Shown here: piece by piece, positions 1-12,780 of the stretch
How positions within the stretch are numbered: the first letter of the stretch is position 1
Layout of the letters: every line of letters starts with the position of its first letter
Assembly: GCA_036172245.1 (NCBI GenBank)
Contig: JAYWIR010000053.1
Location: 744,001-808,000 of the forward strand
Source: Raillietiella orientalis
Taxonomy: Eukaryota
Length of the DNA stretch: 64,000 nt
Direction of reading: 5' to 3'
The notes under the pieces: model-generated
The model's database searches: none
Told to the model about the DNA's origin: nothing
What the model saw: the letters and a program-made list of their open reading frames with translations, nothing else
Position numbers and translations under genes: made by a program

Positions 1-846
1 AAAAAACAAAAGGGCGCCTAGCAGTTGGACTTTGGGAGCACCGACCTTCGATTCGAGCACGACGCTGTCGACCTCAGCGAGCTTTCGAAACTTGACCCGC
101 CAGGGCCGACGGAGCGCACGTTCTTCCCGGTGCGACCGATGTCGACACAGCAGAAAATCTGCTCCTCGTGGGATCGCAGGCACAGCTCGGGCCTCCCCCG
201 AGGCGGAGGCAGCGCTTCCGATCTCGTTGACCGTTCCGATCTGTGCCTGATGAACGCCGCCGCCGACGGACGCGAGGTTCCCCTCGAGAACATCCTCCTG
301 CAAGTTCCCGGAGCCGTTCACGGGACCTTCAGACGCCTTGGTACTCCTGCGTGGGGCATCTCCACTGTTTTGATGGGCAGTATCCTTCACTAACACCTTG
401 ACGTTGCCCTCCCCCCCTCCTCCCTTCTCTTGAGGGCCACGCGGCACGAGGTGCGTTGCTTTCGCGACGGTCACTTGGCGGCACTCGCCGTGGCGTGGAG
501 ATAAGGAGCATCGTTTTCGGGTGGCTTCCTAGCAGCCGTGCGCCTTTCGAGAGGATCTTAAGATGCTGGCGGAAAGTATCTACAAATCTGACCTGTGTCT
601 TTCTCGATACCAGCTCGAGAGTGGGTCTTCCTCGAATCGAACAGGACAGAGGTCACGGAGAGAGACTCTCCCGAAAGGCGCCTTCGTTTCATCCCCATGG
701 TTTGTGCTCGAGGGTTCCCTTCGTGGCCAATGTGTTGCCGCAGAAGCTGGAAAAGGCCTCCCTCTTGTCTCCCTGCAAAAAAAAAAAAAAAACTTCCTCC
801 GGTATTCCGTAGGGATCGCACGCGGAACACTCGAAGAACGCAAACT

Positions 847-1690
847 GACCACCATGGCTGAGGCATCCACGCACGGCACTAGGTGTCACGGGTTCGAATC
901 CCGCTTGGGGAAGAATCAACCCCAAGAAATGGGTGGTGCGTCGTGGGTTTCGAGCCCCACCTGCAAGATGGCGCTGGTTGGACTCTGATGGCTTCCGGTG
1001 CGGCACTGGCGGAAGTTGACTGGACGGAATTGAAAGTTGACTCTCCGGGAGCCGCTTCCCTTCAAGGTTTCCCTCCGGCTGTGAAAACAATCATAATCCC
1101 TTCGGGGGGGGACCATCATTGCGTACCAAGGAGCTGGTTGAAGCTCTCCTTCTCCAAAGTGCAAGAAGAGAGCCGCTCTCTTCCAGGTTCTTTCCAGAGG
1201 AAGAAACCAGGAGCGGTTCCCTTGCGGATGCCTCCCGGCCAAGAAATCAAGAGCAGCCCCCTCCGAGGCTCCCTCTGGAGGGAACAAGGAAGAGGTTCCC
1301 TTCGGACCCAACCAGGCTGAGAATTCCCTCCGGAGACAACCAAGGAGGATTCCTTCCAGGACTCCCTTCGGATACAACCTGGACGAGGGTTCCCTCCGGT
1401 ACTCACTCCGGAGACAACCAAGGAGAGGATTTATTGGGGACTTCCTCTGGAGAGAATCAGAGCGAGGGTTCGTTCCGGAACTCTCTCCGGAGACAACCAG
1501 AAAGAGGGTTCTTTTTGGGGATCCCTTATTAAGCGTGAGAGGAGATGAATCCTTCCTCCTGAGCTTTCCTGGTGTTGTTCACATGGGAGCACCCCCTAGC
1601 TCTAAAGGAGTGCTCCCCCTTGGGTGGCGTGGACGGAGTCGAAGAGCTTCGCGAGTTCCTCCTAAGGAGGCAGACGCTTCTTCAGGACTT
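847..1690 (+). mobile_element. tRNA-derived SINE, near full-length copy S1
   Basis: B box GGGTTCGAATCCC at 890-902 and A-box-like ATGGCTGAGG at ~854. Core GTTGACTGG..GAAAGTTGACTCTCCGGG. ~39-40 bp repeats GGAGACAACCA at 1332/1370/1410/1449/1489. Tail GGAGGCAGACGCTTCTTCAGGAC matches the other copies. Confidence 0.85.
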
Positions 1691-2479
1691 CATGAAAGCC
1701 CCCTCCCTCCAAAAAGAAAGAATGTCCATTCGCACGGAAACCCGGAAGCCCAATTGCCAGTCCTGGTGGCGGAAAGAGGAACGCGAAGCCGAGACTGATA
1801 ATGGTTCGTTTCCATCGAAACGGATGCGCACAATCTATTAGCATTTGCGCTCCGCACTCATCTGCTGGAAAATCAAGTATGCAACTTTATTCGACCCCCA
1901 GTATTTTACGACTCCATTTGAAGATTGGGTTTTGGGAAAACGTCCAGGATCCGAATGTTATATTAATGCTGCATAGGGTTGGAGGCCCGAATTCTGGGGA
2001 ATTTTCAGGGAGCGCCACAATTTAGGAAACCTTCAAACGTGTCAAAGTAACCACTGCTTATCGGGTCCCCCACCCCTCCCCCTCCTTCTTCCACCCTCGC
2101 CCGGTCGGCTCCCTCGCGGGAAGCGAAGGCTCCCCCCGCCTTCCTGCTGGAATGCGGCGCCTCCGATGCCTCGGAAACGCGGGAAGCCGAAAACCGCAGA
2201 GCCCGAGCCAGCAGTAACAACAGAATAACTTGAGGGAAAGACGGCATTCTTATTTTCAATTTTTATCTTGTTCACGATCTCGGGGTACAGAGGAAAAAAA
2301 AAGGCCTTTTTCTTTCGGTTTCCTTTTTTTTTTCAAAAAAAGAATTTCAACATTACAACCGAGGTATTAATTGCAAGCGTTTCTCCGAGTGATAGAGGTG
2401 ATTTATAATACGAGGCTGCGGGATGGCCTACGCAAATCCAATTAAATCAACGGGCCATCAAAGGCATTGGATAAAAGGA

Positions 2480-3300
2480 GAGGGGGAAAAAAAAAGATGG
2501 TGCCGGAACGCCTTTCGCATGCAGAAGAGCGACTGAGCGCCACGAATCAGCGGAAACGGATGCAACCCGCTCGAAATTGGCTGCGGTGGATCTTTGACTC
2601 TCGAGGTGGATCGCTCAAATCCTGCGGAAGATCCCTGCGTCACGGTGCTGAAGAACAAAAGTCTACACCACCTCTCAGCAGCAGAGAAGAGGCCTCTTTC
2701 TTGCGCCTGCTGGCTTCTCTGCTGCCAAGCCGCTGAGTAGACGTCGAGCTGTACTTCGCCAAGATGTACACAGCTTCATCTTCGCAACGCTCTGTGATGT
2801 CGTTTACATTTGGAACGCCTCGCAGTTTTTCATGGGACTGAAGAAGGTGCCACCTTTGTGTCTTCCAGAGTCCGCTTTGTGCTTGACCGGAAAGCTACTA
2901 TGCCGAATTTCCGAGAGCTGAACTTCTGGTTCCTTCTTCCGAGGTAGCGGAAGCAGAGATCTGCGCTCGCCTGCTCGTGAAAGCATCCCATCCTACAGAT
3001 GAACGGATAGATCGATCACAATGGAACTGGAACGAAGCTGGAATGCCTTTCGCCGTGAGCACTCATTGGCACTCGTTCTCAGATCCTGCAAAGGTTCACT
3101 TGCCTTCATCGCCATTCCAGATCGATTCGGGATGCAGACAACATCCCTCCCTAATTTTGCACTGACCCCAGCATTCTTGCAATCTCCTCACCGAGTCTGC
3201 TGCTGCAGCACGGTGCAGCGGAAGAAGGTCGTGCTTTCCGGTCAGAATGCATGGTGCATAATGAAACGCCACTCCGGGACTCCCAACACATCCCTAATTA
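2480..3300 (-). pseudogene. Degenerate L1/Tx1-like LINE fragment (APE end and linker)
   Basis: Minus-strand frames give LGRDVVC (GDFNC-like), SGLWK (GxWKLN-like) and YILAKYS; many stops. Confidence 0.35.
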
Positions 3301-6300
3301 TTGTTTGGTGCCACGGTATTGCAAAGGAGAACCCGTCATCACGAACCGGAAGGAAAGACGCATTGCATTCGAACGCTATGAAAGAATTACATGGATCGCG
3401 GAATGATTGCCATCTGGCGAGAAATCCAAATTGGCAAATGAGAAGTGCAACAGTGCTGCGATTTTATCATCATGTGAATTATTTATTTACATCAATATCA
3501 ATGAGGATCATGCCGATGAGCATTAATTCTGCAATTTCATCGACTGGAATAAATGATAGCCGTTTAGTGTTTGGAAGTGCTAAGGCATCCGTGTTTACAT
3601 GGAAGTCGTGCGACTCGGATTTCAGTAAAGATGTAAGATAAAATAACAGGTGTGTCGCTATGGTATGCCTGGCAATATTTATGGCAGTGCTGGAGAGAGA
3701 GAGAGACATACGCGAGGTCGGGTGTGAGTAAGCTGCATATTTTATCAGCACCTTAATTACTAATAAATAACTTGAGCGCGCGGATCACTCAAGTTGCTGT
3801 TTGTTTCCCGTCTTACATGCAGCCAAATGCACGTGGCGTTAGACAGGGCGCGCAAAAACCTGGAAGGAGCTGTAGGCGGAGCCTGCTATCAGATTTAATT
3901 TGCACTGGTGTGTGGTGTTTAAGGCTCGAAGTGTTCACTCGTGCCCACGGTTTGTTTTCCGATCCGGCCGTCTGCTTTGCATTGCATCCCAGATTTTTCG
4001 ATTCAGTTTGAGGATTAGAAAAAGGGATAGCAGTTAGCTCTTCTGAGGTGGAGGAGCGACAACAATACTTCCTTCCAACAATGCATGGAAAGCAGATGAC
4101 TCATCGGTCATTGTTGAATCCGAATAGGCTTACGCGCATTGTCTCTTCCGAATAGGCCCACGCGCATTGTCTATTCAGATCAGGCCTACGCGCACTGTTG
4201 ATTTCCGATAAGCACATTGCCAATTGCGACTGTTGAAAGCCGCTCCTTGAAGACATGGAAAGCCATCCGAGACCCACAGAATGAACTTTCACTCTCGTGG
4301 AGGCTTTTTCCTAATCATCAAAAATCAGAACTTAAGAGGAAACAGCTCGGAAATAAAAGATGGCGGTAAAAGAAGAAGCTTCGGTTAAGATGAAATCTTT
4401 CCTTGTAGGTCCTCCTTCTCTCCCTCGGAAAACAAATACTCGCCTTATTGACTGGATAAGAGGGTGATGGATTCTGGTATTAAGCTTACTGGTCTCAGAG
4501 AGCGCCCGCCCTGAATTTGTTGTTGCTGTTTTTTCCTTTTTTTTCTTTTTTGCAAGTAGTCGATTTCATTGATGGACCAAACAGAGAGTACTTTGAGCTC
4601 CGGACCCATAGTGTTGATCCCAATGGTGCTTGCAAGCTCATTCCAATTCACAGTTCCAGAGATAATGGTGTTTGTCTCCGCATTCTTATTCAGACAATGC
4701 GTTCCTCGGTTCTCGAAGTCATGGTGATCAGCAAGCCAAAGCGTCTTCCCTGAGATTCGAATGAATCTTCCTTTATTGCAGATCAAGGTTTCAATACAGG
4801 TAATAAATACTGCGCACTGGTTGCATGTGCACCCCCTATGTAAAATCGTGTTTATCGTATATGAGGCGTTTGAAAGATTCATAGTCCAGCCAGCAGAAAG
4901 AAGAACTCGTTTAGCTGTAATTACGTTGCAAAGAGAATCTTGATTGCTATGGTGAAAAGGATTATCCTTTCTTGGCACATGATTTGCAAACCGGACTTTC
5001 AGCCGAAGAGAATTTATATTCCTTAAATCATGCTCTTATTTTCTCGAGTCCGAGAGCTGCCACCGAGGAAGAGTTCTGCAGAAATAAAACAAAATCAAAA
5101 CTGGCTGGGCGTTTGAAAGCAGCCATTCCGTTTCCCGCTGAAGTAAACACCCAGCGTCTTTGAAATAAATTCTTTACATAGGATGATTCACCCGAGAATA
5201 TTTTCTTCTACTGGTTTTTATTGAAACGATAGGGGTCTCACTCGCGAGACGAACGGACGAACGTATCTTTCGGCAACTAGAAGGCACGTGAAACAACCGA
5301 CTTCGCTCGCACCCTCATCGGTGCTGAGCTGCGGAGTTTCCTGAAATCACCGAAACTGTGGTAACACGAATTATGGCAAATCCAAATTTAACTCGAGGAG
5401 AGGAAGGCCTTATATTTTATGCCAGCGAGCCACCGGCCGTTTATTTCTGTGCCGAGAATTCATTCTGCCGCGCGGACGGGATGGAATTCTTGCGTGGTTA
5501 TCATTCTTCAGGTCCTCATGCCCGCGAACAATTCCGCGAAAGAGAGGTTAATCGAATCACCGAGGCGGCGGGAAGCAGCAGCAAATTTGCTTTTGAACGT
5601 AACGAGGAACCTCCGCGTTTTGTTCGTGATTTATTTCCTCCCTCGCCCTGCTTGCTGCACACGCTGTTGGCCACAGGTGGAAAACGCACGGAGGTTTCCC
5701 AACTTTTTTCCGACGGCAGCGAGCTGCGGCCTACGATTGCGAGTTTCGTTTCCTGGAAATCGAGTTTCCTTCCATTTCCTCCTTCTCCTCCTTCCCGCCA
5801 GCAACCCCCTCCCCTCCCCCCCTTTCCTTCCCGAAATTCAAGTCAGGAGGAGCATCTCCTCCAGAAAGACCGTTCCTTTGCATCTGCCTGTGGCAAAGAA
5901 ATGAACCCAAGTCGCCTGGCATCCTGGTCGTAATGGAACTTTTGGTCAGCCAGCGCGTCACTGATTATCGATCGGAAACAAATTGCCGCGCTTGCTATCG
6001 ATCCCAGGTCGCATCTTCGGGGGAAGATGCTTTGGAAACGGCGCCGCCGGCCATTGCCAGGGAACGGACCCCTCGCATAGCGAGGGGTCAGGTTTACCTT
6101 TGTACTGCGACGGTTCGATCCCGCATTCAGCAGGACGACTGCTGAGAGCGCGTGGACGAACAACAGAGATCACCTTTCCCAGCTACCACCATTACCATTA
6201 TTCCTCCCCCTTCCTCCCACCTGCCCGCACTTCGAACTGGAAAGCTCGTCCTCTGCTTGGCTGGAGTCGGGTGCGCGACAGAGAAGGTTTGAGCCGGGCC

Positions 6301-6999
6301 TCTGCCTCTTCCCGTTAGGAGGAATCGACAGGGAAAGGCAGAAAAAGCAGACTTCCGTTTCCCACGTTTCGTCGTTCGCTGATGACGTCCTTAGTGCACA
6401 GCCTTCCTGCTTCCCCACGAGCGCATGCGTGCTTGCTTCGTCGTGGGCGCTCGGCACCGTCCTTCCAGCCTGCGCAGCGTGCGGCGCGCGGCCCGCCATC
6501 GCGGGTTCTTGGGATCCTGAGGTGGAAGAGTGCTCCCCGTGATCCTCTGAAAATTCCTTCCTCGAAGACGCCTGTTGGCGCCTTCCCTGTACCGCAGAGG
6601 GCAGGGAATTTTTCGGCCTGCCTGGCGGATCTCGGCGCGTTTGAGAAAGATCCCAGCAGGGAGATTGCCGCTCCAGCACAATCCCGGCGCCCGTCTGCGC
6701 AAAGGCTGGCGAGAAGAGAGCACTCTACGCTCGGCTTTTCCTCCCGGCTTCTTCTTCGGCTTCACTCCGGCGTCGGCGGCTCTTCACGGTTCTTCCGAGT
6801 TCCTGTTCCACCTGTTCGCAAGTCAATGGTGAACCCAAGTTCGCTGCTGACCCGAGCTGTCGAGAGGTGAAGCTCCACGTTACAGGCTCCCTTCTTTTCT
6901 TCAAGAATCAGTGGCGACCTCACGTGGAGGTCGCCACTATTGATCTACGATGATGAAAAATCCTTTTGGGTTCTTCTGTTTCCTTCCAATTCTTCCTTT

Positions 7000-7670
7000 C
7001 ATGATTCAATGAGTGCTGAAGAACCGTTTGCCTCCTTCAGGGGAGTTTTGGAAGCCCTCTAGCGCTGTGCACGTCACCTTAGGGTCCTCCTTAGCCCTTC
7101 AAGTTAGGGGCCAACCTCAGAGAGGCCACCCTGTGAATCCAGGAAGAATCCTGAGAGGGCGGTTCGCTGCTCTCACTCTTGGCAGGGAACCCCGAAGGGA
7201 ATCCACGCCCTGGTTGTCTCCAGAGGAAGTTCCTGAGGAACCCCTTGCTTGTTCTCTCCGAAGGGACTCTCTGGAGGAGGTACCACTCCTCGTTTCTTCT
7301 CCGAAGGGAACCCGGAAAGGATTCTCTCTTGGAATTTTTTCTCTCGAGGTAACCCCCTCAAGGGAACCGCTCCTGGTTTCCTCCTTTGAAGAGAATCCCG
7401 AAGGTAGCAGCACGCTTCCTACACGCTGGAGAGGCAACACCCAGAGAGGGGTGTCAAACAGCTCCGTGGAAACGGCTTCATTTTGATGACCGGACGGAAG
7501 CTCCAGAGGGGACCTGCTCCTTGATCTGTAGTGAAAGAACCCCGGAGGGTAAACTGCCAATCCCGGGCGGTCAGTAGGTGCATCCGGTTTCCGGCTTCCA
7601 CCAGGGCGGCTTAGAGCTTGGCGCCAGGCTGCCGGCTACGCGAGCGGCGGCCGCATGGCTGTGGCCTCCC
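7000..7670 (-). mobile_element. SINE copy S2 (head largely deleted)
   Basis: GTGCTGAAGAACCGTTTGCCTCC at 7013 is the reverse complement of the SINE tail. TGGTTGTCTCC repeat units and the core are present; no B box. Confidence 0.85.
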
Positions 7671-8199
7671 GTTACGTTCTTTCAGGCTTTCCGAGCTGCG
7701 AAGCTGTTCGCAATGGGTGCAAGAGATCAATCGGAGATGATGTACGCCCAGCGAATGCTCCCTGATGACCGAGGGTACAGAAGGGATAACAGAAAGCTCT
7801 TATTTCTAATGAGATAATAAATAAGAAACTTCCCCCCCTTCTTCTCCCCTAAAAAAAAAAAAAAAAGAAGAGCATATCGGCAGGCTTCCAGGAAAAGGAA
7901 TCGGGCGAAGCAAAAAAAAAGAAGGAAAGAAAGAAAAGGAAACGGCGCTCAGGCTGCGCGTGCTCGGTATTTATGGATTTTTTCCCGGATGAATGTCGAA
8001 GAAGATAGGAGGCAGAGAAGAGCGCGGCAGAATGTAGAACTGTTGAAACTGTTCACTGTTCCCCTTTAGGCGGGTCCTTTCAGGGGCGCACTAATTCTTC
8101 CACTTGGTTGCACGCGCAGTGGGTCCAACTTCTCCTCTCCTCTGATAAAACGCTGCCTCTGCTCCATCAGAAGGAGACATGCGGAAGGAAGGAGAAAGA

Positions 8200-11000
8200 A
8201 ACAAAAAAGAAACAATGAAAGTTTCTTCCTCTTGCTTGGGGGTTCAGATGGAAGAGGAGACCGAAGGCTCGAAGACTGGGAGACTTTTAGTTCCCGATGG
8301 CCGAGCACCCCTATTCCCGGTCATGATGCACCTCCGCTCCTCCGAGCGGACGTTGATTACGACGCGCGCCTCCTAGCAACGTGTGCCGAATGGGAATGGA
8401 AGGAGCCAAGGGGACTGCACTCATTGAGAATTCGCCGACGGGTGCTCCTTTCGAGCAACGCCTAAAGGCACTTGAAGGGCGCCCCACCCATGAAACCAGG
8501 TCGCCGTCCCATCAGAACGGTGGGACGCAGCGGGCGCACCCGGCTGCACGGTGCACCAGCGCGCGCACTACCCTCGGCTGCATGTGCTCCGCACGTGCGT
8601 TCGGATCGGCGCCAACTCCTCCTTCCTGTAATCTTCCGGGACCTCCGTTCCTCTTCAGGGAACCGAGGTCGCAGGAGCGGAGGTGAGGCATCCAAGTCTC
8701 GAGTCAGTACGCCCCGAGTCAGCTGCGGCCTATGCTGCTGTATCCCTCTCTTCCTCAACGATGTCCACGCCACCCGAAGGTGCGTGGTTGTTAGGGAGTG
8801 ACCCGGTAGGAGACCACCCCATGAATCCAGGAAGGCTCTGGAGGAAGGAGTCCGTTCCTCTTACACTTGGGAGGTAATCCCGAAAGAAACCCCCTCTGGA
8901 AGTGATCCCAGAGGGGGTTCTGAGAGCAATCCTGTTCCTGGTTGTCTCCGGAGGGAGTCCTAGAGGGAATCCTATTCTTGGTTGCTTTCAACGGGAACTT
9001 CGGAAAGAATTCTTTACCTGGTTGTCTCCAGAGGGCATCCCAGAGGGAACCACTTTCTTATTCTCTCTGGAAAGACCCCCAGAGGAGGGAACGCTCCTCT
9101 TTTCTTCTCCAAAAGAAGCCCGTAAGGGAACCGCTCCTGGTTTCCTCCTCCGAAGAGAACCCCCAAAAGAGCAGCGCGCTCCTTGACACTCTGGAGAGAT
9201 GACCTCCCGAAGGGGGTGTCGCCCAGCTCCATAACCACTCCCTCTTCACAACCGGGGGGACACCCCGATGGACTCCTTGATTCCCTGAAGGACCCGGAGG
9301 GTCCCCTCCTAATCTCTGCCAGTCAACGGGGGTATCCGGCTTCCGGCTACTTCCGCCAGTGCTATACCTGAGGCCAACTAGCGTCATCGTAGTAGGGAGG
9401 ACTTGAGACCCACGACGCATCTACCCTCCTCGGCGGGCATCCTTTCCCAGGCAGAATTAGAACCCACAGCGCCCGGGCCACGCGAGGAGGCCGCAGCCAC
9501 ACAGCCGCCAACACGTGCCTTTTTCAACACGGTGCTATGCTGAACTAGACGTGCCCCCGAGGCGTGACCTTTCCTAAGAGCAGCCCCAATTTGCCCGCTT
9601 TGGTGCCTCACGTCAGCAGGCGGCTGCCAAAGTCGCGAGTTCGAATACACCCAGGCAATTCGACTTCGATGGAGGAACTTCGCTTGGCCGATTCTGGAAT
9701 TGCTTTTGGTCCAGCACCTTCGTCCTTCACCATTGACTTTCGGCACCAGTTAGACCGGAATTAGTCTTGGAAGCAGCCGTGCAGCTGAGGACTTTTCCAG
9801 ATTCTTCCATTGCATTCCAGCTTTTTGGTTTCCACGCGCTGCGGACTCTGCGAAAGGTCAGACCAGGGATGGCTCTCACTAGTAACCCTCGTCTCTCGAG
9901 AACATGCATGCACCATCGCTCCTGCAGGGTCATGGGGCTTCAAGAAGAAGGGGTCAGTCTTCGACCCTCAGGCTGGCCAAGTGGAGGAACGGGTGTCGCT
10001 TGAAGGGACGGGAAGCGAGTGAGAGCGGATGAACTCCAGAAGATGAGAAAGAACCTTTTACCTTTCCCTGTCTTCCTTCTGCGGCCTGGTTGCGGCCACC
10101 TCCCCGCTTCCTCGCTGAGGAGACTCCAATCTTTGCTGGAGCATGCCCGATAAGGCAGCCAGGCGGGCTCTGTCTTCGCCGTGCAGGTTTGCGATCGAGA
10201 TAGTAGGTGAAGACCGCATTGGGCATGACCTCAGTAGGTCTTTTGGCGGTCGATAATCGCCAAGGAGAGCCAGACGACCGGACGTCACCTGCTCTAAAGG
10301 GCCGATGATGACGAGACAAGGTTGGCCGGAAACAGGAGAAGGTCGAGAGAGAATTACCAGGAGCGCCTGTCGGAACGTAGCTGCGGGTCCTTCGGAAGGT
10401 GCTGCTCCTGGAACTGCGTCCCGCAGTCTGTTTCATGGTGGCTGACTGCTGCCGACCTGAATCTCGAAGCAGGGGAGGAAGGGAGGGAGGAGGGAAGGGT
10501 AGCTTTGATGAATTTCGGTAAGGACGAAATGACCCGCCTTCTCTACTTGACCTCTGCATCGATATCACGTCAGCCTCAGCTCCCTGAGAGGGCGGCGCGG
10601 ATGGAGGAGGTGCCTTCGCTTTCCCTTGGCTCGTTCTGACAAGCGCGAATGACACCGAGCCCAGTAGGGAGGGGAGGGAAATCCCCTTCCGAGGGCAGCG
10701 TGCTCTGAGAACTCCCTGGGAGCTGAGTGGTTGCTTGGCTACGGGGGAGCCGGCGGTTGGGATGGCGCGTGCCACGGCGAGGATGCTTCGGAATGCCGGC
10801 TCGATTGTGGAAGAACGGAAGAAATCTGTAGATGCGAAGAAGTAGAGAAGCTGCAGCTGCCGCGAGACCAAGAACTGCTTTCCTGAATCGGGTCATCGCG
10901 GTCCAGAAAATCGGTTGACCCGAAGTCGGGACGATCATCCCAACTTCTTTTCGTGGAGTCCTTCTGCAGGGACTCTAATGAAATTCTGTGTTTGCTGGCA
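8200..11000 (-). pseudogene. Degenerate LINE (ORF1-like region, APE, linker) interrupted by SINE S3
   Basis: SRIAWVYSN (SRID-like) at ~9650. 8530-8670 is homologous to 12590-12730. The peptide DFGSTD at ~10920 is shared with window position ~28. Confidence 0.4.
8761..9510 (-). mobile_element. SINE copy S3
   Basis: ATGAATCCAGGAAGG tail block, TGGTTGTCTCC units, core CCAGTCAACGGG, head CCCACGACGCA and a degenerate B box. Confidence 0.85.
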
Positions 11001-12097
11001 GCGTTGGCAAGAGATAGCCTCCCGGAAGATCTCAGATTCTTATCAGCACACCGGATCCTCAATCCCGTTTCCTCTTTCGGATGATGCCCCGCGGATTCTC
11101 TCGGACGGCAGGGGCTTTCTCGTGCCTCTCCCGAATCGGATGGTCATAAAAATGGCATCCCAGGAGGAAAGACGTCTCTCGATTAGCCTGGATCTTCGGG
11201 CGAGGTACCATAAACTCTCCCCGTCTCTGCTGACTCTTGTTTTTTTTTTGCATTGCACCGTCTTTACTGCCCTTTCAATCCTGACGAGTCTTCCCCTCCC
11301 GTTCTCGGCTTCCCATTTCCTTTGACTCCTCTCTAGTCATTCCGCGCAAACCGCCTTTTTTTCCTCTTCCCCCTGATTCCCTTACTCTCACAAGTGGAAA
11401 AACTGTCGGAACCTGGCCGTCACGCCGGGACTCCGGGTGAGATCCTTGAGGGAGCACGGGTCAGACCCTGTGTTCCGAGCTGCCGGCCGCCGCATCTGCA
11501 AACCGGACAGCGGCGATCTCCAGAGCAGATAACAGTTTTTCTTCCCTGTTTCTTCTTTTTCTTTTTTTTTTTTTTGCACAGCGGCGTCTCTTTCCACCCG
11601 GCTTACGCCACCAGTGGCCCACGCGTGCTCCTCCCCTGAGCAACGGGTTCTCCCCTTGCCTGATGAGCACCCAGTCCGCCAGAGTCCACGAGCTCAGCGT
11701 CGCGGACAGCTGTCCCTCTTTCGGTTTGATTTACATCCGGTTCCTTTCTGCCTTTTGTTGAAGACCATTGACAGTTACGGCAGAGACCTCCCGATGGCCA
11801 TAAATTACGTTTCAAATTTTTTTTCTATGAAGACAAACCGAGAAGCAAAGAAGAAGAGGACGAGGAGAAAATGAATGTTCCCTTTTTTGTTCTTCTTTCA
11901 TTTCCTTTCTTTTCCTTTTTTTCCCATCGTTGGCTCAATCCACTTAGCACCCACCTCCAGCCACATCTTGCTGGAAGGGGAGTCTGTCGCTCCTACTCCA
12001 GTCCGTCCGAAGGGGTGCAGCTGAGGAGTGACCCGCAAACGAAGCTGTTCTTTCGGGACCGTCTTAAGGAGTGAAGGAAGGAGCACTTGGGCCCCCC

Positions 12098-12780
12098 CTA
12101 GCTAAAAGCATCCGGAAAACGGACGACAGAGAATAGCGCGCCTCTTTCTCCGTCCTGGCTGGTGGACACCTTGCAGAGACCAGTGGTAGTTCCTGCCCTC
12201 ATTAGGAATGGACAGCCCCCACCCTGCGCAGGGTGGGATCTTCCCCCCATGCACTGCTCACCGAATCGATTTTCGTAGCTGCTTCTCACCCAGAGATACC
12301 CACCCCTCCAACACCGTCACCTCGGCGGCAAAGAGCAGTTTCTAACCTTCTTACAGGCCTCAGGCACTAGGGTCTCTTCGGCCCGCGGGGCCGTCTTGAG
12401 AACCGACTGCACGCGTGGATGCTGAATGCGTGGATCCAACCCCGCACCCGTTGCATCCCACATCCGTGGGGGAGCCTGCGAAGAGATGTCGCATTCATTT
12501 CGATGGTTGCAAAATGCGGTCGGTCTACGGGACCTCCACGGCGGAAGAGCGCTGCTGTGTTCGGCGGGGATCCTGCACGGCATACCCCACGCGCGCATCT
12601 CAGCTGCGCGGCACGTCGGCTCGCGCACCACCCTCGGCTTCAGGTGCTCCGTGAGCGCATTCGCACTGGCTCTAACGCCTCCTTCCGGCTATCTTCCAGG
12701 AGCTCCGTTTTTCTTCATAGAACCGAGTCTCTAGTGGACAGCGAGCCGACCCAGGAGGGGCGAGCAGCCTCTCCGGTAGA
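12098..12780 (-). pseudogene. LINE ORF2 fragment (linker to RT N-terminal domains)
   Basis: EQCMGGRS (Q.GF..GRS-like) and GALFSVVRFPDAFS (LSLD..KAFD-like); homology to 8530-8670. Confidence 0.45.

Noticed and set aside
847..910. tRNA genes at GGTTCGAATCCC motifs (also 36858, 51145, 55515, 62907)
   Set aside because: No complete cloverleaf or conserved anticodon arm; each motif is followed by the SINE body.
1300..1530. Regularly spaced GGAGACAACC repeats resembling a CRISPR array
   Set aside because: The 'spacers' are similar to each other, the repeats are degenerate, no cas genes are present, and the array lies inside a dispersed SINE.
3395..3480. LDFSPDG WD40-like peptide on the minus strand
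   Set aside because: A single short motif in a stop-bounded frame; chance is likely.
4445..4978. 177-aa ORF in an AT-richer patch as a host exon
   Set aside because: No recognisable motif, and it runs through an A-rich low-complexity stretch. Left unassigned; a blastx search would decide.
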